A stretch of DNA of 64,000 nt, from assembly GCA_951804945.1 (NCBI GenBank), contig OX638165.1:41106001-41170000 (forward strand). The letters run 5' to 3'. The DNA comes from Podarcis cretensis. Its lineage: Eukaryota. Below, piece after piece: positions 36,625 through 50,900 of this stretch. The position numbers and the translations under genes are program-made. Every line of letters starts with the position of its first letter. Position 1 is the first letter of the stretch. Under the pieces are notes generated by a model. It had not been told where the DNA came from, did not search any database, and worked only from the letters and a program-made list of their open reading frames with translations.

Positions 36625-36844
36625 ATGGACGACGTGCGGGTGCAGTGGGTGGGCGACCGGCTGCAGAGCGCGCTGGGCGTGAAGGACGCGGCGCCCTTCG
36701 AGGAGCTGCTCAACCGCGACGACGGCGACGAGGCCGAGATCCTGCTGCGCTTCCTCAACCTGGGCGCCAGCGCCGAGGAGGGCGAGCCCGCCGCCCTCTT
36801 CTTCCGCCAGGAGATCCGCCTCGACGAGGTCGACATCGAGATCG
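36625..36844 (+). CDS. DNAH10: DNAH10 exon 1
   Basis: gccATGG; MDDVRVQWVGDRLQSALG...DEVDIEI; donor GTGGGC. Confidence 0.92.
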
Positions 36845-39800
36845 GTGGGCAGAGGGCCTCTCCGGGAAAGCCCACCGGCTCCCCGCCCTCCAGATATTTT
36901 AGGCTGCAACGGTCCTGGAGCTGATGGGATTTGTAGTCCACAACTGTCCTTCTTCTTTGCCCCCTCCCAACCTTGTGCCTCCAGCTGTTTTTGGACTACA
37001 ACTCCCATCATCCCTGAATAGCAAGACCAGTGGCAAGGGATGATGGGAATTGTAGTCCAAAAACAGCTGGAGGCACAAGGTTGGGAAACACTGGACTAAT
37101 GGATAAAAGAGAACTGCTGCGCTACAAACGGGGGGTGGGGGGTGGGGAATCCAACAATTAAAAAGCCAATTAAACAGCAATAAAGTTATCTATCTATCTG
37201 GAGGGGTGGCACATTGGCTGTCCCTGGAATCCTCTCACCACTCCCCCTTCATAGGAACATAGGAGAAGCTGCCTCCTATCAAGTCCGATAATTCGGCAGT
37301 GCAGCCTAGTGTTGCCTGCACTAACTGGCAGGGGCAGTAGTTATCCAGGGTTTTAGATAGGGGGTCTCGGGACGGCACCTTTCCTACAGAAAGTGTGTGC
37401 TCTAAGAGAGCCTTTGAGCATTTGCTGAGTGCCTTAACTCTCCGCACACAGAATGACCATAGCCTGGTGTGCCATTTCCTTTCATTTGCCACAAACACCT
37501 GCCTGTTAGAGGCAGAGAAATGATAGAGTGTCTCTGAGCATATACAGAGTGCCTTGACCCAGTTGCTGAGTAGCAACATCCTTGCATCCTTCCTCCAACA
37601 TCAGTATCTTCTGCCTTGACTATGTAAAAGAGTTATATATATTGGAAAAACCCTCCTGCATGTCTCAGAGTGCTTTCTCACCACTTTACTGTGATTTTCC
37701 CCAGTCTGTATCTCTACTGGAATTATTCTAAAAATGTTTTTATTGTTTTATCGCTTGTTGTTTGCTGCCCTGGGCGCCTTTGTGAGGAAGGACTGAGTAT
37801 GGATTTAATAAATAAACAACACAATCTTCAGTCCTTCCCTCATCATAACTTTCAGGTCCAAAGTTTCTTTAGTTTCTCCCAGGTAGTCAGCCCCAGCATC
37901 TTTGTTTCGGGATGTCAGAAATCACAACTGAAGAACAGCTGTTCAATTGTAACAATATAATACAATGTAACCATTATTTTATATATTCCAGGGCTTAGTT
38001 TGACTTCACAAACAAGCTTCAGGTTGAAGCCCTGGTTCAAATTGTGCACTCTGAGTAGTTTTTCTTTCTGAACCTGCTAATTTCAAAGGAGAGGATTCCT
38101 TTATGGAGCCTCTTCTTACTTGGCTGTCAGTGGACAGAGGAGTTTCCTGTGTGCATTCAGAGTCCATGCAAAGCTCTGGACTGGGCTCACAAATCCAGCT
38201 TTGGTTTTTTGTAACTTCTCTGTGATGCTTTTCTTTGTTTCTTTCTGAAACAGATGTTCCCTATGAAGAAGACGAGGAAGATAATCGTTCAGAGAAGATG
38301 GCTGCAGCATCCAGCAGTTCAATGGTAGAAACAAGTACGTAAAGGAAACAATTTAGAAAAAGCCTCACTAACAGCTGGAGACTCAACTACAGAAAGAGTT
38401 AGAGTTAAATTAGACATGATTTAGGATCACAGTTTCTTTGTTTTTAAAAATGAATTGTGGGATCAGAAGGTATGTAGCACTCTGGAACACGGTATGTATC
38501 CAGGTAAGTGAATATAGGATAACAGTCTCTGGTTATGGGCTGCAAGAAGATCAAACCTATCCATTCTGAAGGAAATCCGCCCTGAGTGCTCACTGGAAGG
38601 ACAGATTGTGAAGCTGAGGCTCCAATACTTTGGCCACCTCATGAGAAGAAAAGACTCCCTGGAAAAGACCCTGATGTTGGGAAAGATGGAGGGCACAAGG
38701 AGAAGGGGACGACAGAGGACGAGATGGTTGGACAGTGTTCTCGAAGCTACCAGCATGAGTTTGACCAAGCTGTGGGAGGCAGTGGAAGACAAGAGTGCCT
38801 GGCGTGCTCTGGTCCATGGGGTCACGAAGAGTTGGACACGACTAAACAACAAATATTTTCAGGGGCTTAACTTGCTGGACTACAGCTCCCATCATCCCAG
38901 ACTATTAGAAATCTGAAGGCTAGGAGAAAAGCTTTTAACGCGTTTGTTGATCCAGCACCTCCTGTATCTGTCATAGACCCAGTTGAGAGATAGCAATTGC
39001 TGTCAAGTGTAGAAGCCCTGGCTTATAAGGACCAACATCTGGTTGCTTCAACCATTAATTCTTGGGAGATTCAGTTGCAGAGTGGTACTTACAGCCTTGG
39101 CAGCCTTGGAGAAGTAGGGGAGATATTTCAATATTCAGGGAGTGGAGAGCCCCAGGCCTGAGGGCCAAATGTGGCCCTCCAGATCCCTCCATATGGTCCT
39201 TGAAACTCTTCCCAGGCCACCCCCACTCACTGGCTCTGCTTCACATCTTTAATATTTTTGCCTGGCTGGAACTGTGATAAGAACTCTTGCTTGTCTGGAT
39301 GTAGAATAGAGAGAGGTGTGTGAGTATATTTAGAAACTAACCTAGTGTACAAAAGGGAGGCGGAACACATTTGTTGTCCTGCCCACTTTTGCTTCTGGCC
39401 CTGCTGGGATGTGGCCCTTGGAAGATTGCCCAGAAGAGAGTGAGTAATCATTGTGCCGTTATTATTTGTATTGTGTTTTAAATAGAAGCTGCCTCGAGAA
39501 CTTTGGTTGGTAGGTGGGATGAAAATCCTCCCAAATAAATGAATGAATGAATAAATAAATATTGGCCATGCCAGCTGGGGCCAATGGGAGCTGGCCCTCA
39601 CACTCCTGACTTCCCAGTATCTCGTCAGAGGTATACTGCTTCTGCACAAGGAGGCTCTATTTCGCTGTACTTGGGCCCCCTTGAAATGAGCCCTCTCTTA
39701 TAGCTCAGGTTGCATGATTGATATGTCGCACTCATGTTTGCCACTGACTTCTTATTCCAAATATTCCTTTTTTAGAGAGAGATCGTAAAAGCAAAAGTTC

Positions 39801-42800
39801 TCTGCCCGAAACTGGCGAGAAACCTGTGGTGGACCACTCTTCTGCAGCTTCCCTTGGGAGCTTGACTGATATAGAGCATGAACTGGGTATGGGCGGTGGA
39901 GCAGTTAGGATGTATAAAGTAAGTGTGTTTGTCTTCAGTGCTGGCTTTTCAGTGCACCAAAAACATGGGCTTTCCATGGAAAAGTCAAAGCAAATAGGTC
40001 TGCTCAGTGTATTAGGAAACCTAGCACAGATGGGTTGTATCCAACTAAATTACAGTAGACCCCCTGAAATTAATTCATCTAAGTTAGGCATGTCCATTTT
40101 GAATGGCTATACCTTGAGCAGTTCTATCATTGGATGCAACACATTCGTTTTGAATTCCATTGAGAAGCCCTTCATTTCATTTCCAGATAATTTCATGAGA
40201 ATCTCAACTTTCAGGCTCATTTTCCATTTTCATACATAGTTAACATGTTCTATATAATTTTAAATATAATTCTCCGAAGTTTCATTATCTGGCAAGAGTT
40301 TTTCAAAATCACATTTTGAACATGAATAAAACAGCCAGAAGCATGACATGCAAGATGACTCAGAAGTTCTCTGTTCCCAAAGATCTCCCAAAGACAATAG
40401 AGAATAGGTTAAATACTTTATTGTATCGATATCGGTGCTTTCTCATTTGGTGAAGGACAAGAAATGTTATGTTCAGAACAAAATCATATGAGCTTAGGAC
40501 AATATAACTTACATTGGTTCAGCATGTTACATTAGTTACAAAAGCACACTCCCCGCGCCCCCCCCCCATGAAAAGTAAAGCCAGTGTAAGTTGAGTACAG
40601 TATGCTGATGTACTGTTACACTAGATCCAAACTGTTCAGCAGCAAGGCAGTTGCTGCTCTGCCTAAACATGGCAGCGGGGAAAACAAACCTTTAAAATAG
40701 TGTTCTGTACTGGGTTGTCAAGTCACATGGCCCAGCGGAGTCAGGGTGACCAAGTTACACTTCATATCTTTGGTTGAGTCAAGGACTTAGTGTCACTGGA
40801 AATCCACTGCATCCTAAGTTGCTCATTCCAACAGATCTTGCCATAGGAATGCCTCCAAAGCCTACTATTTGTACCATACCATCTGAGACAGGTTCCTGTC
40901 CTGGACAAGCTCTCAGTCTTAAAGACAAGTCAGACAAGTGGGTGGAGATATGTTAATATTTTGAGGATGGAGATAATTATGTGTTAATATGTTTAGCAAT
41001 CATATACGCTTTTAAGGTTTATTTATTTTAAACCTTCTTATGGTTTAGAAAATTGTAGAATTTATATTTCTCTATTAGACCCTCCTCACCCCTCTTTCCT
41101 GAAGCATGTACAAGCTTCTACAAACTTCCCCTCAGAGGCATCAGGGAGGGAAGCGCATCCTGTTTGGCATTCCCTAGCTAGGCTGGAGAGGTATGAGGAA
41201 TTTTGCTCCCCTTGGAGCAATATTGGGTTTAAAAAGGGAAGTGGAGGAAAGAAAATTTGGGAGTCCCCATTCAGCTCTCTGCAGTCTAAAAGAGAGGGGA
41301 GACTCCCAAAGGCTGTATATAAACAAATATATAATAGTAATAATAATAATAATTTATGAGTCTAATACCCTTTAAGATTGCAGCAAGATCAGGCTTAAAA
41401 GGAAAGGGAAGAGACTTCCCCCTCCTCCTCTTTTACACTGAGTTTGGATGAGCCTAGAACTCCCTGCAGGGAACTTGCTGGTGTGCCCAGTTACTTCCCT
41501 GAGTGGAGTGCTAAGATGGATCATCTCTCCTGATTTTAGGCAGGGGAGCAATCCTGCTTGGTTCACCCTCATGTAGGAAGCTCTCTTGCACCCCTAAACA
41601 CAACAGGATCACTCCCTATTTGTATTGGGTGATGTGAAGGGGGAGCAATCCTGTTTAGTGCTGACCCCATTTGAGCTTCAAAGGCTCCTGACAACCAAGC
41701 CCCACCCTTTCTGGCAAGCCCTGCTGTTACCTGTAAGATGTCACCTGTTGGGAGGTTGGGTGTGGCTGGCCCAAAATGGCCTCATGGCCAAATGGAAGTC
41801 TGGTGGGCCAAGATTGGCTCATGGGCTGGAGGTTCTCACTCCTGATCTAGAATTACAAAATTAATCTCGGGAACTGAAGGTCTCTTGCCTTGGTTTAGAA
41901 AACACTGCAACACTGTAAAAGGTTGAAGGCACACATATAAATGAATTTTAACATAACCTAAAACACACATAGGCCTCACTTACCAAATACAATGCATTCC
42001 CTGAAAATTGTTCATTAGGGGAGTGTGTGCATAACGAGTCAACAGTTTCCATTTATTCCTATGGGAAAATTTCTTAATATGTACCCAACCATGGAATTTT
42101 AACCCCCAAAGTTAAAAACCCTCAGGAAAGGCAGGAAAATCCAGAAAAATGCTATCTTATTTATCTAATCACTCCCCTTCCCTCCTCCCTCTGTTTCTCA
42201 GCCAGCCAGCAAAAGGCAAACAAGGAAGCAAAAAATGCTCTCTGTTTGGGTATCTGAATCTGTGGTGTGTATAGTGAGGTTTGGGCACTAATTCCTCATG
42301 TTCGGATAAGCTAATTTTCGGTTAGTGAACATTTGTAAAGTGGGACCTGCTGCATGTAAACTCCACGAGCACAGGGTATAATGTCCTTATGGAAACTGGT
42401 TATGCTGAAACAAAGTGCAGAAGCAGAAACAGCCGTGCAAATATGGTGTCAGTTGGCAGCTTAGTTTTTGTTGTGTTTGAAACTAGGAAACAAATCATTA
42501 GAGCATTGCCATAGCTAAGTTTAAATTACCATGGGCATTACAAATTTCCACATGGAATTGATGCTGAATTGATGCTGACTAGCAACTCGTGAATACCTAG
42601 TAAAGTGTAACATGCACAGTGTTTTGCTTTGGAGGCATTTATTTGTGAGTGTATCAAAGAATGTTCCTATGTTACACTGGCCATATTACATCGGCCACAG
42701 GCGATTTGTAAGAAAACTTTTTTTCCACAGTTTCCAATAATAAAAAAAAAAGCTCAACAACTTTGGCCCAAACCCCCCACAAAACATATGGTATTGGAAA

Positions 42801-44944
42801 TATGGTATGTTTCCTATGAAACATCAGCTCTTAGTGTATACAGTGGTACCTCGGGTTACGAACTTAATTCGTTCCGGAGGTCCATTTTTAACCCAAAACT
42901 GTTCTTAACCTGAGGTGCACTTTCACTAATGGGCACACGATTTCCGTTCTCATCTTGGGGCAAAGTTTGTAACCTGAGATACTTCTTCCGGGTTAGCAGA
43001 ATTTGTAACCTAAAGCGTTTGTAACCCGAAGTGTTTGTAACCTGAGGTGTTTGTAACCTGAGGTACCACTGTATTGCCACTGTTGGGGAAAATGTGATTC
43101 AAACTTTTAGAGAAAACATTTATCAAAGTTACAGATAGATTATTGAGCATCTTTGAAAACAAATTTTTAAAGAAGCATTAAAACTGTCTGTGGCATACTT
43201 CTTGATTATTTTTGTAAGGAATATCAAGACAGATTACAAACAAATGTTAATTGTGGTTAAATAATCTTAGCTAAAACACAAAATATTATGTTAAAAAGCT
43301 TATGAATGTTACACTGGTCACTATAGAATTATCCTTCTCTTTTCTTCTTTGACATTTTGCAGACCTTCTATTTTGTGAGCTTTCCCTCCACTTGTATATG
43401 GTAGACTGCAAGCATGAATATACCTCTCATCCCTTTCTGTCCCCATTCCCATCTCTTTTGTCTTTTTACTAAAGTTATTTTCTTTAAAGAATGGCTTCTC
43501 ACTTTTTATTTTCAGTCATGACCTACTTCTTGAATTTCTGAATAAATGCACACAATTGTGTGTGGTGTAGCACTCTGGAAATGGCTTTGCAGTTCTCTGG
43601 CCTCTGTAGGAACCAGCCAGTCATGCAGGCACATAGGCAAAATAAGGGTTTGTTTTTTTTTGTATCATAGGCCTTATTGACAAATTTAAGCAAAGAAGAC
43701 CCCAGGTCTGAGTGGCATCCATCCAATTTTTTAAAAAGAACTCAGATGTGAAACTGCTGAACTTATAATAAACTTCTAACAAAAAAATTTAACTTACCCC
43801 TGCCATGCCTCCCTTCTTCCTTCTTCCTTTTCTCAGCTTGTACTTTTATTTCTTTCCCCTGTCTCTTGCTCCATTTCCTGTTTCCCTCCTGTGCTCCCTC
43901 CTGCCATATCTTTGGAAAATCCGATGGGTAATTCTAGATTGCAACTGTTGATAATGGATGGACAGGCACCAGCATGATCCCTGAAAACAGTCTTACCTCC
44001 TGTCAATTTGTCCCTTTCTATTTCAGAAAACCATAAAGCGGGAGGTTTATAACCTGTATTATCACATGGCTATGAACAATATCCCAGAAGACTTTGTGGA
44101 GACTGACATGGTGTATTTTCTCAGAGACACTGCAGGTATTTTACATGGAAGGAAAGTTTTGGCTAAGAAAGGAAGTTATGGTTAATAATAGATTAGGTTC
44201 TTTCCAGATGGATCCTATGAGATCTTGATCCACCCTCGAAACCTGCTGTTTTCAACCTGAGGAACTCAAGATTTTAAACAATATTTCAACAATATTTCAG
44301 AAGAAAAGTGGGTGTGATTTTGCTTAAAGGTGTCAATAAGTTTTATATTGCGTATGTAGTGTGGTCTGCCCAGGGCTGTAGGAAGAGGGGCAGTGGGGGC
44401 GGACCGCCCAAGGTGCCCTCAATGAGGGGGGTGACATTCCGAAGCCTAGCCCGAGCCATTGGGATAAGGGGGGAGCTGTGCCACTTTGCCGGCGGCATTC
44501 CCTCCTTCCTCCTTCGTTCTGACAGCTTGGAGGAGGCTTGGGAGTCACGGGTGGGCAGTGCACTGAATATGGGCAGCTTGCTCCGCCCCCAGCGGCAGGG
44601 CATGTGTGCCACTCTGGGCACCTGAGCGGCTGTCCCGCGCCTGGGAGGGCACCCTCTGTGCCACTCCCCCCTTGGGAGCATGCCCGCCCTGGGCAGCGTG
44701 GGCATATGCTCCGCCGCTGGGTCTACCCATTGTTCAGTCCCTTTTCAGTTCTTACCAGGCCTTTGGTCAAGGCGCAGCCTGACTCCCTCATTTGGCAATC
44801 TGCACAGAATTTTTGCTTTATGGTTGCCATTAATTTGATTTTAATTAATTCTTATAATGAAATGTTTTTAGAATGTTGGATTATTTGATTGTTGTTAGCC
44901 GCCCTGAGCCTGGCTTCGGCTGGGGAGGGCGGGATATAAATAAA

Positions 44945-44986
<42 letters not shown>

Positions 44987-47900
44987 CAGCCACACTTGAT
45001 AAATGATTACTCCTCTGTCATTTCGTCTCCTGTACAACACATACTGTACATACATCCATTTTTTCAGTCCTGCCAGCCCTTATCAAATATAATCATTATT
45101 ACAAGAATAAAAACAACAAAATGATTTATTTTTATTAACACAGTATAACTGGTGGAGGTGGAGGTGTATCAGATAAACAACAAATACAGGTCTTTGCTCC
45201 AACAAGTTTCTGGTTTTGAGGTTGAATGAAGGAGGGAGAGGCCAGGGTAAGAAGGGATAAAGATGGGAGCCAAGGCAACGACACCTAACAACTGCTCCTC
45301 ATGAGCTTCAGCTAGGAGATCTTTCATATACAAATACATATCTGCACCCCAACTCCTAGAAATCAGGGATTCTAATGAATTACTTTGAGGGTTTTTTTAA
45401 GGCTTTTTGTTGCTGCTGTTATTTAAGGTTTGAGGATGAGAAATTATTGTGTGGCTATAGCTAATCATCCAGCAATCCAGCATTAGATCAGGAGTGGGGA
45501 ACATTTGGCCCACCAGATGTTGCTGCACTACAACTTCTATTAGTTTTCCAACCAGCATAGCTCAGCAACATCTGGAGGGCCAAAGGTTCCCTACACTTGC
45601 ATTAGATACCGATCAACTGCCACAATAGATATCATCTGATCTGTCTTATATATTATTTTATAGGTCAGAGAACCCTAAAGTCAGAATCCTACCTAGTTAG
45701 CCTATTGATATATGATTGCCTAAGGGTAGTTTGTGAACCATGAGCAGACCATCCTTATCCTGAGTGTGTGCCTATGGTGGTATGTCATCTGAAGACTGGA
45801 TCAGAAAGTTTATCTTCATTCCAAGTAGCACTGGCTGCAGATTTATAATTCCCTGCAGCAAAAACTAAAAAATTTAAATAATAATGAGATAGTGGAACAG
45901 CTACTTCTTAAAAGTTTGTCAATGAAAGAATGAACACAAGCAAGGATGTATGCTAGTGGATTCATTACAGGTGACTACGCTTGTGTGGGAACTAAAAGGT
46001 AAAGGTAAAGGTACCCCTGCCCGTACGGGCCAGTCTTGACAGACTCTGGGGTTGTGCGCCCATCTCACTTAAGAGTCCAGGGGCCAGCGCTGTCCGGAGA
46101 CACTTCCGGGTCACGTGGCCAGCGTGACATCGCTGCTCTGGCGAGCCAGAGCCGCACACGGAAACGCCGTTTACCTTCCCGCTGGTAAGCGGTCCCTATT
46201 TATCTACTTGCACCCGGAGGTGCTTTCGAACTGCTAGGTTGGCAGGCGCTGGGACCGAGCAGCGGGAGCACACCCCGCCGCAGGGATTCGAACCGCCGAC
46301 CTTTCGATCGGCAAGCCCTAGGCGCTGAGGCTTTAACCCACAGCGCCACCTGCGTCCCCTTGTGTGGGAACTAGAGTACTGCAAATAGGTACTGATAAAC
46401 CAGGCATTCTGCTTTGAAGTTTGCTAAAGTTGTCACTGTTTGTAAAATGGAGATCTATGGAAAAGAATAAATACATGGGTTGTTTGTTTGTTTTTTAAAA
46501 TAGGAACCAGTGTGCTAGTGAAGGCCTAACGATGTATTTTGTAGTAGTAGTAGTTGTTTCTTTATTAATTACAGGTGTGAGGTGCCTCAATTTTTATTTA
46601 ACCTTCTTTCCCCCACCACAATCTTGCACTGCAGTTAGACTTTGAGTAAAAAGCTCTCATTACAACCAGTGGAAGAGCTACACACTTTCCTAGGCATGTA
46701 GATGGTCTTTGAGTGCATTCCTATAAATAGTTGTACAGTATTAAGTTGTTGGAAAAAATCCTGAGGAGTTCATAAAACTAGACATGCAGCTTAAATTATT
46801 CTTTATAAATAAAATAAATAAATAATATGCCTGCCCTTGGGGAGTTGGCATACCAGGCATAAAACATCTAGGCTAGGCTAGCTGGTTTTCTGTGTGCAGA
46901 AAGGAAAGCTCACCTGCTGTTTTTGGATGTAGTAGTGTCCCAGAAGGCACATGATTTTCCTGAACTTACCGGGAGTGTTGGGTTAGAATATTTCTTTAAA
47001 CAAATCCTTGCCTTCTTTTGCTGCTTAGAAACCGTTAGTGAACCTAATGACTTGACTGAAGCGAAGGACGTCCTGCCGGAAGTACTGGAGTACGGCATAC
47101 TGAATGGCCATACCCTCTTGATGCTGAAGCAGCTTTTTGCACTGGTGAAAGTTTTTGTTTGTTTGTTTTTAAATTTCTTTTCCAAAAATAGCTCCCCCAC
47201 CCCTGAGACCGAGGTGCTGAAAACTCAGTGATTTTGAGTCCACAGATTTTCTACAGAATTTAATGACTATTTATACAGAATCATAGAAAATGCATGTGAT
47301 AATAGAAATCACTCGAGCTGTGAGGTAAAGGTAGTGGTTTCAAGAGAAGTAATAGCTGAATAAACAATTATAATTCTACATTCATCAATCATAGCACATT
47401 ATTAGTGTGGTGTGACAGCAATGGGGGAAATGCTTGCTATAGACCAGGGATGCCAACATGAATAAAATAGGGGGGGGCAAGTAAGTCCTGCCCCACATAA
47501 TTGATTACAAGATGTGGCTATTTGAATGGCAGTGCCCATCAACTTTGGGGCCCAGCCCCCTCAAATATTTTATTTGGGGGGGGGCGAAGGGACCTCGGCC
47601 CATAGGAGTTAGCTCCTGTGCTATAGACACTCCCTTCAAACCTCATACAAAATTTCAATATATTTCTGGTGACTACCTTATCAGCAACTCATTTTAGTGA
47701 ACTACCATTTTTAGATGTAATTCAAAACTTGTAAGTTGGATATTAGCCCAAGCAGTCATGAGTGGGTTTGAGAGTGAGTGACTCCAAGGTAAAGGTTTAT
47801 AATAATTTAAGCATCATTTTAAAAAAATAGACCAGAGTTTACATAGCATTTAAAGTAGAAAAGCCCCCCAGATGATGGCATGTAGCTTTCTATGCTAACT

Positions 47901-50900
47901 GGTCTGGGTTATGTGTTTGACCGGTGGTGACCTCACCATACTTTGTTGCAGAAAAAAGTTCTTGGTTCAACCTATCACAAATGATGGAGAGAAACACATT
48001 GAGTCTCAGACAAAATAGCAAGAAGAAGCAGGAAGAGCCCATTATGGACTCCTCCCCCTCCTGACAGCTATTTTATTCCAGGAAACTTCTCTTAAGCAAA
48101 GAAAAATGCTGTTTCAATTTCCAAGCTCCAGTTTTTAATCAACAACAAGAAATGGTTTTATACAGAGAGGGAAAGACAGAGGTGTAGGAAGGGGGGTGCG
48201 GTGGGGGTGGACCGCCCTGGGTGTCATCGCTGAGGGGGGTGACATTCCGCGTGCCACCTGCCCGCGACTCCCAAGCCTACCCTGAGCTGTCGGTGTGTGT
48301 GTGTGGGGGGGGTGACATAAAATTTCCACACCAGGTACCACCTGACCTTGCTATGCCTCTGTGGAGGGACAAACAGGGTAAAACCCTAAAGTGATTTTTT
48401 TAAAAAAATAAACATGTCAGGCACTTGAAGAAGAGGGAGAAAAAGGTGGGCCACTCCCCTGAACAGAATAAGAAAGGGCAATCAGGATCCATAGTCCGAA
48501 TATGTGTTTTTACGGGAGTGAAGTTAGGAAAGGAAGAGCAGAGTTCATTGGGGGCGGGGGACCTTCCATTGACTGCATGCAGCCTAAGAAGACACCCTGG
48601 AATTGCTTCTTTTGCACAAACCCTCCTGGAAATAACATAGTGGGACTATCTTCTGATATGTATTAGACCTATATCAATAATGCTGGGCTAGCTGTCCCCT
48701 CTTCCTCCAGAGAAGATGGATTGTCATTACTTTCACACATAGCAGCAGCTATAACTAACTTTTTGCTTTTAACTGTTTCAAAGTTACAAATGAATTTAGC
48801 CATTATATTTTAAATGAAAGCAAATACAGTGGTGCCTCGCAAGACGAAAAGAATCCGTTCTGCGAGTCTCTTCGTCTAGAGGTTTTTTCGTCTTGCGAAG
48901 CAACCCTATTAGCGGCTTAGCGGATTAGCGCTATTAGCGGCTTAGCAGCTTAGAAAAAGGGGGGGGGGGAGCGAAAAAAATCGCAAGACTCTCAAGATGT
49001 TTTCGTCTTGCGAAGCAAGCCCATAGGGAAATTCGTCTTGCGAAGCGCCTCAAAAACGGAAAACCCTTTTGTCTAGCGGGTTTTTCGTCTTGCGAGGCAT
49101 TCGTCTTGCGGGGCACCACTGTAGAACACAGTTAAACAAAACATGCTTGTATTTTCAGGTCTTTCTGCCTGCAATGTGTCATAACCAATATGATATGGAT
49201 GAGTCCATTCCTCACCCAGAACCAGAAAAGGCAGAAGGTGAAGATGCTCAGCCTGTTGTGAAGAAAAAAACATCACCAGAAGCATTGAACAGCTTGCATA
49301 GCCTAAGGAATGAGTTCTTGATGAATATGCAGAAATTCCTAAGCCACATTCAGAGAACCATACAGCAGATAGAAGGTAAGTCTCAGTTTGATCTTATGTG
49401 GGCTTCTTAAAGCACTACTGGTTGGGTGGTGTAAATGTGTGAAATGCATTTTTATATATTTTAATCTCTTCTTTGTACAAAAGTATGTGTAGGAGGAAAT
49501 GCTTGTTAGTATCACCTAGGGTTGCCATATACCTGGAATTTCCCAGACACATCTGGAATACTGCAGTCGTAAGCTCAACAACTTTTCTGTCCGGATTTTC
49601 AGTGTTTGAAATATGGCAACCCTAGCTTCACCCAAATTTATTACCTTCACCTTTTCTCCATTCTTTGCTCTCTGGAGAAATTTAGAAGGTTCAAGAAGAG
49701 ACTTGTCAGTATAATCTATAATGCCATGTCTTCTCTGCTTTCTGATGAAACCGACAAGCTAGGGAATATTCTTGTCTATTTCATTAATGATTGGGACATT
49801 TTTACTGTAACTAATAATATTTTCTTTCAACAGGGGAAATTAAGTTAGAAATGCCAACCATAAGCTTAGATGGTGATGTGAATGACCTTGCCAATGATCG
49901 GGATGTGGTTGATACACTGGAGACACTTGCAGCCAATTGGCTCATGTTGATATCCTCAGCAGATGAAGAGCTTCTGAAAAAGGTCCCCCAGGTAATCTAT
50001 TTCAGCATTCTGTTTTCCCAGTGGCCAGTTAGGTCTGCTGGGAAGCCCACAAGCAGGCAAGATGGTAACACCCCTTCTCCTGTGGTCTGTTCCTAGCATC
50101 TGATATTCTGAGGTTTATTGTTTCTCTGTCTTAGGTGTCTGAGGATGGGTTAACATAGAAAGGCAGGGAAACTGTGTGGTTGATTTTTAACCAGATGCTA
50201 ATCCCATGAGTTCCTCCTCCAGCTCTTTTCCCACTTTCAACCAGGACAGCAACACTTCCAAGCAGCTTCTCAGCTTTTTATACTTCTTTCTCAGTATTGC
50301 TGCAGACTTCCTGAGCTGCCAATTGGTAAACCCAGATGTTTATTTCACAGATAGCGTTTCAGAGCTTCTAGGAGTGCTCTGATGGTGTTTCCTGCTTGGC
50401 AGGGGGTTGGACTCGATGGCCCTTGTGGTCTCTTCCAACTCTATGATTCTATGAGTGCTCTGAAACTCCTGGACCTGTTGCATCTCCAGCAAATGCAAAG
50501 ACACCCTGATTTATTGCCCTAAGTCACTCTAGCTTGTGCTAGGCTTCCTCAAAAGTGGAGGGGCTTCCCTCTTTTGCTTCTCTCTGGTCCTGATATGTAA
50601 AGGGGGACATCTTCTCAGCACTTTTCTGTCTACAGCTTGGATACAGATGGAACTAGAGGAGGCGTACACAGGTCCAGCACCTGGTTAAAAACCTATCATA
50701 CAGTTTCCCTGCCATATTAGGCAATAGAGGGAGTTAACTAGTAGTAGGAGTAGTAGTAACATTTATACCCCGCCCTTCTGACTGGATTGACTGACTGACA
50801 TTCTAATGGATGTCTTGTTCAATCCAAACCACAAAGAACTTTCATGGTAAGTGCCTGAAGCTCCTTTCTAAATGTAGAGGTTCAGTTTACTTTTCAAGGT

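Noticed and set aside
36381-37011. 150-190 aa ORFs overlapping DNAH10 exon 1 in other frames or strand
   Set aside because: Shadow ORFs of a GC-rich coding exon
40370-40765. Possible second solo LTR (minus-strand AATAAA, TG start)
   Set aside because: No convincing terminal inverted pair or TSD could be defined
48827-49121. CENP-B box in the Tigger subterminal repeats (TTCG...CGGG)
   Set aside because: Spacing does not fit TTCGnnnnAnnCGGG
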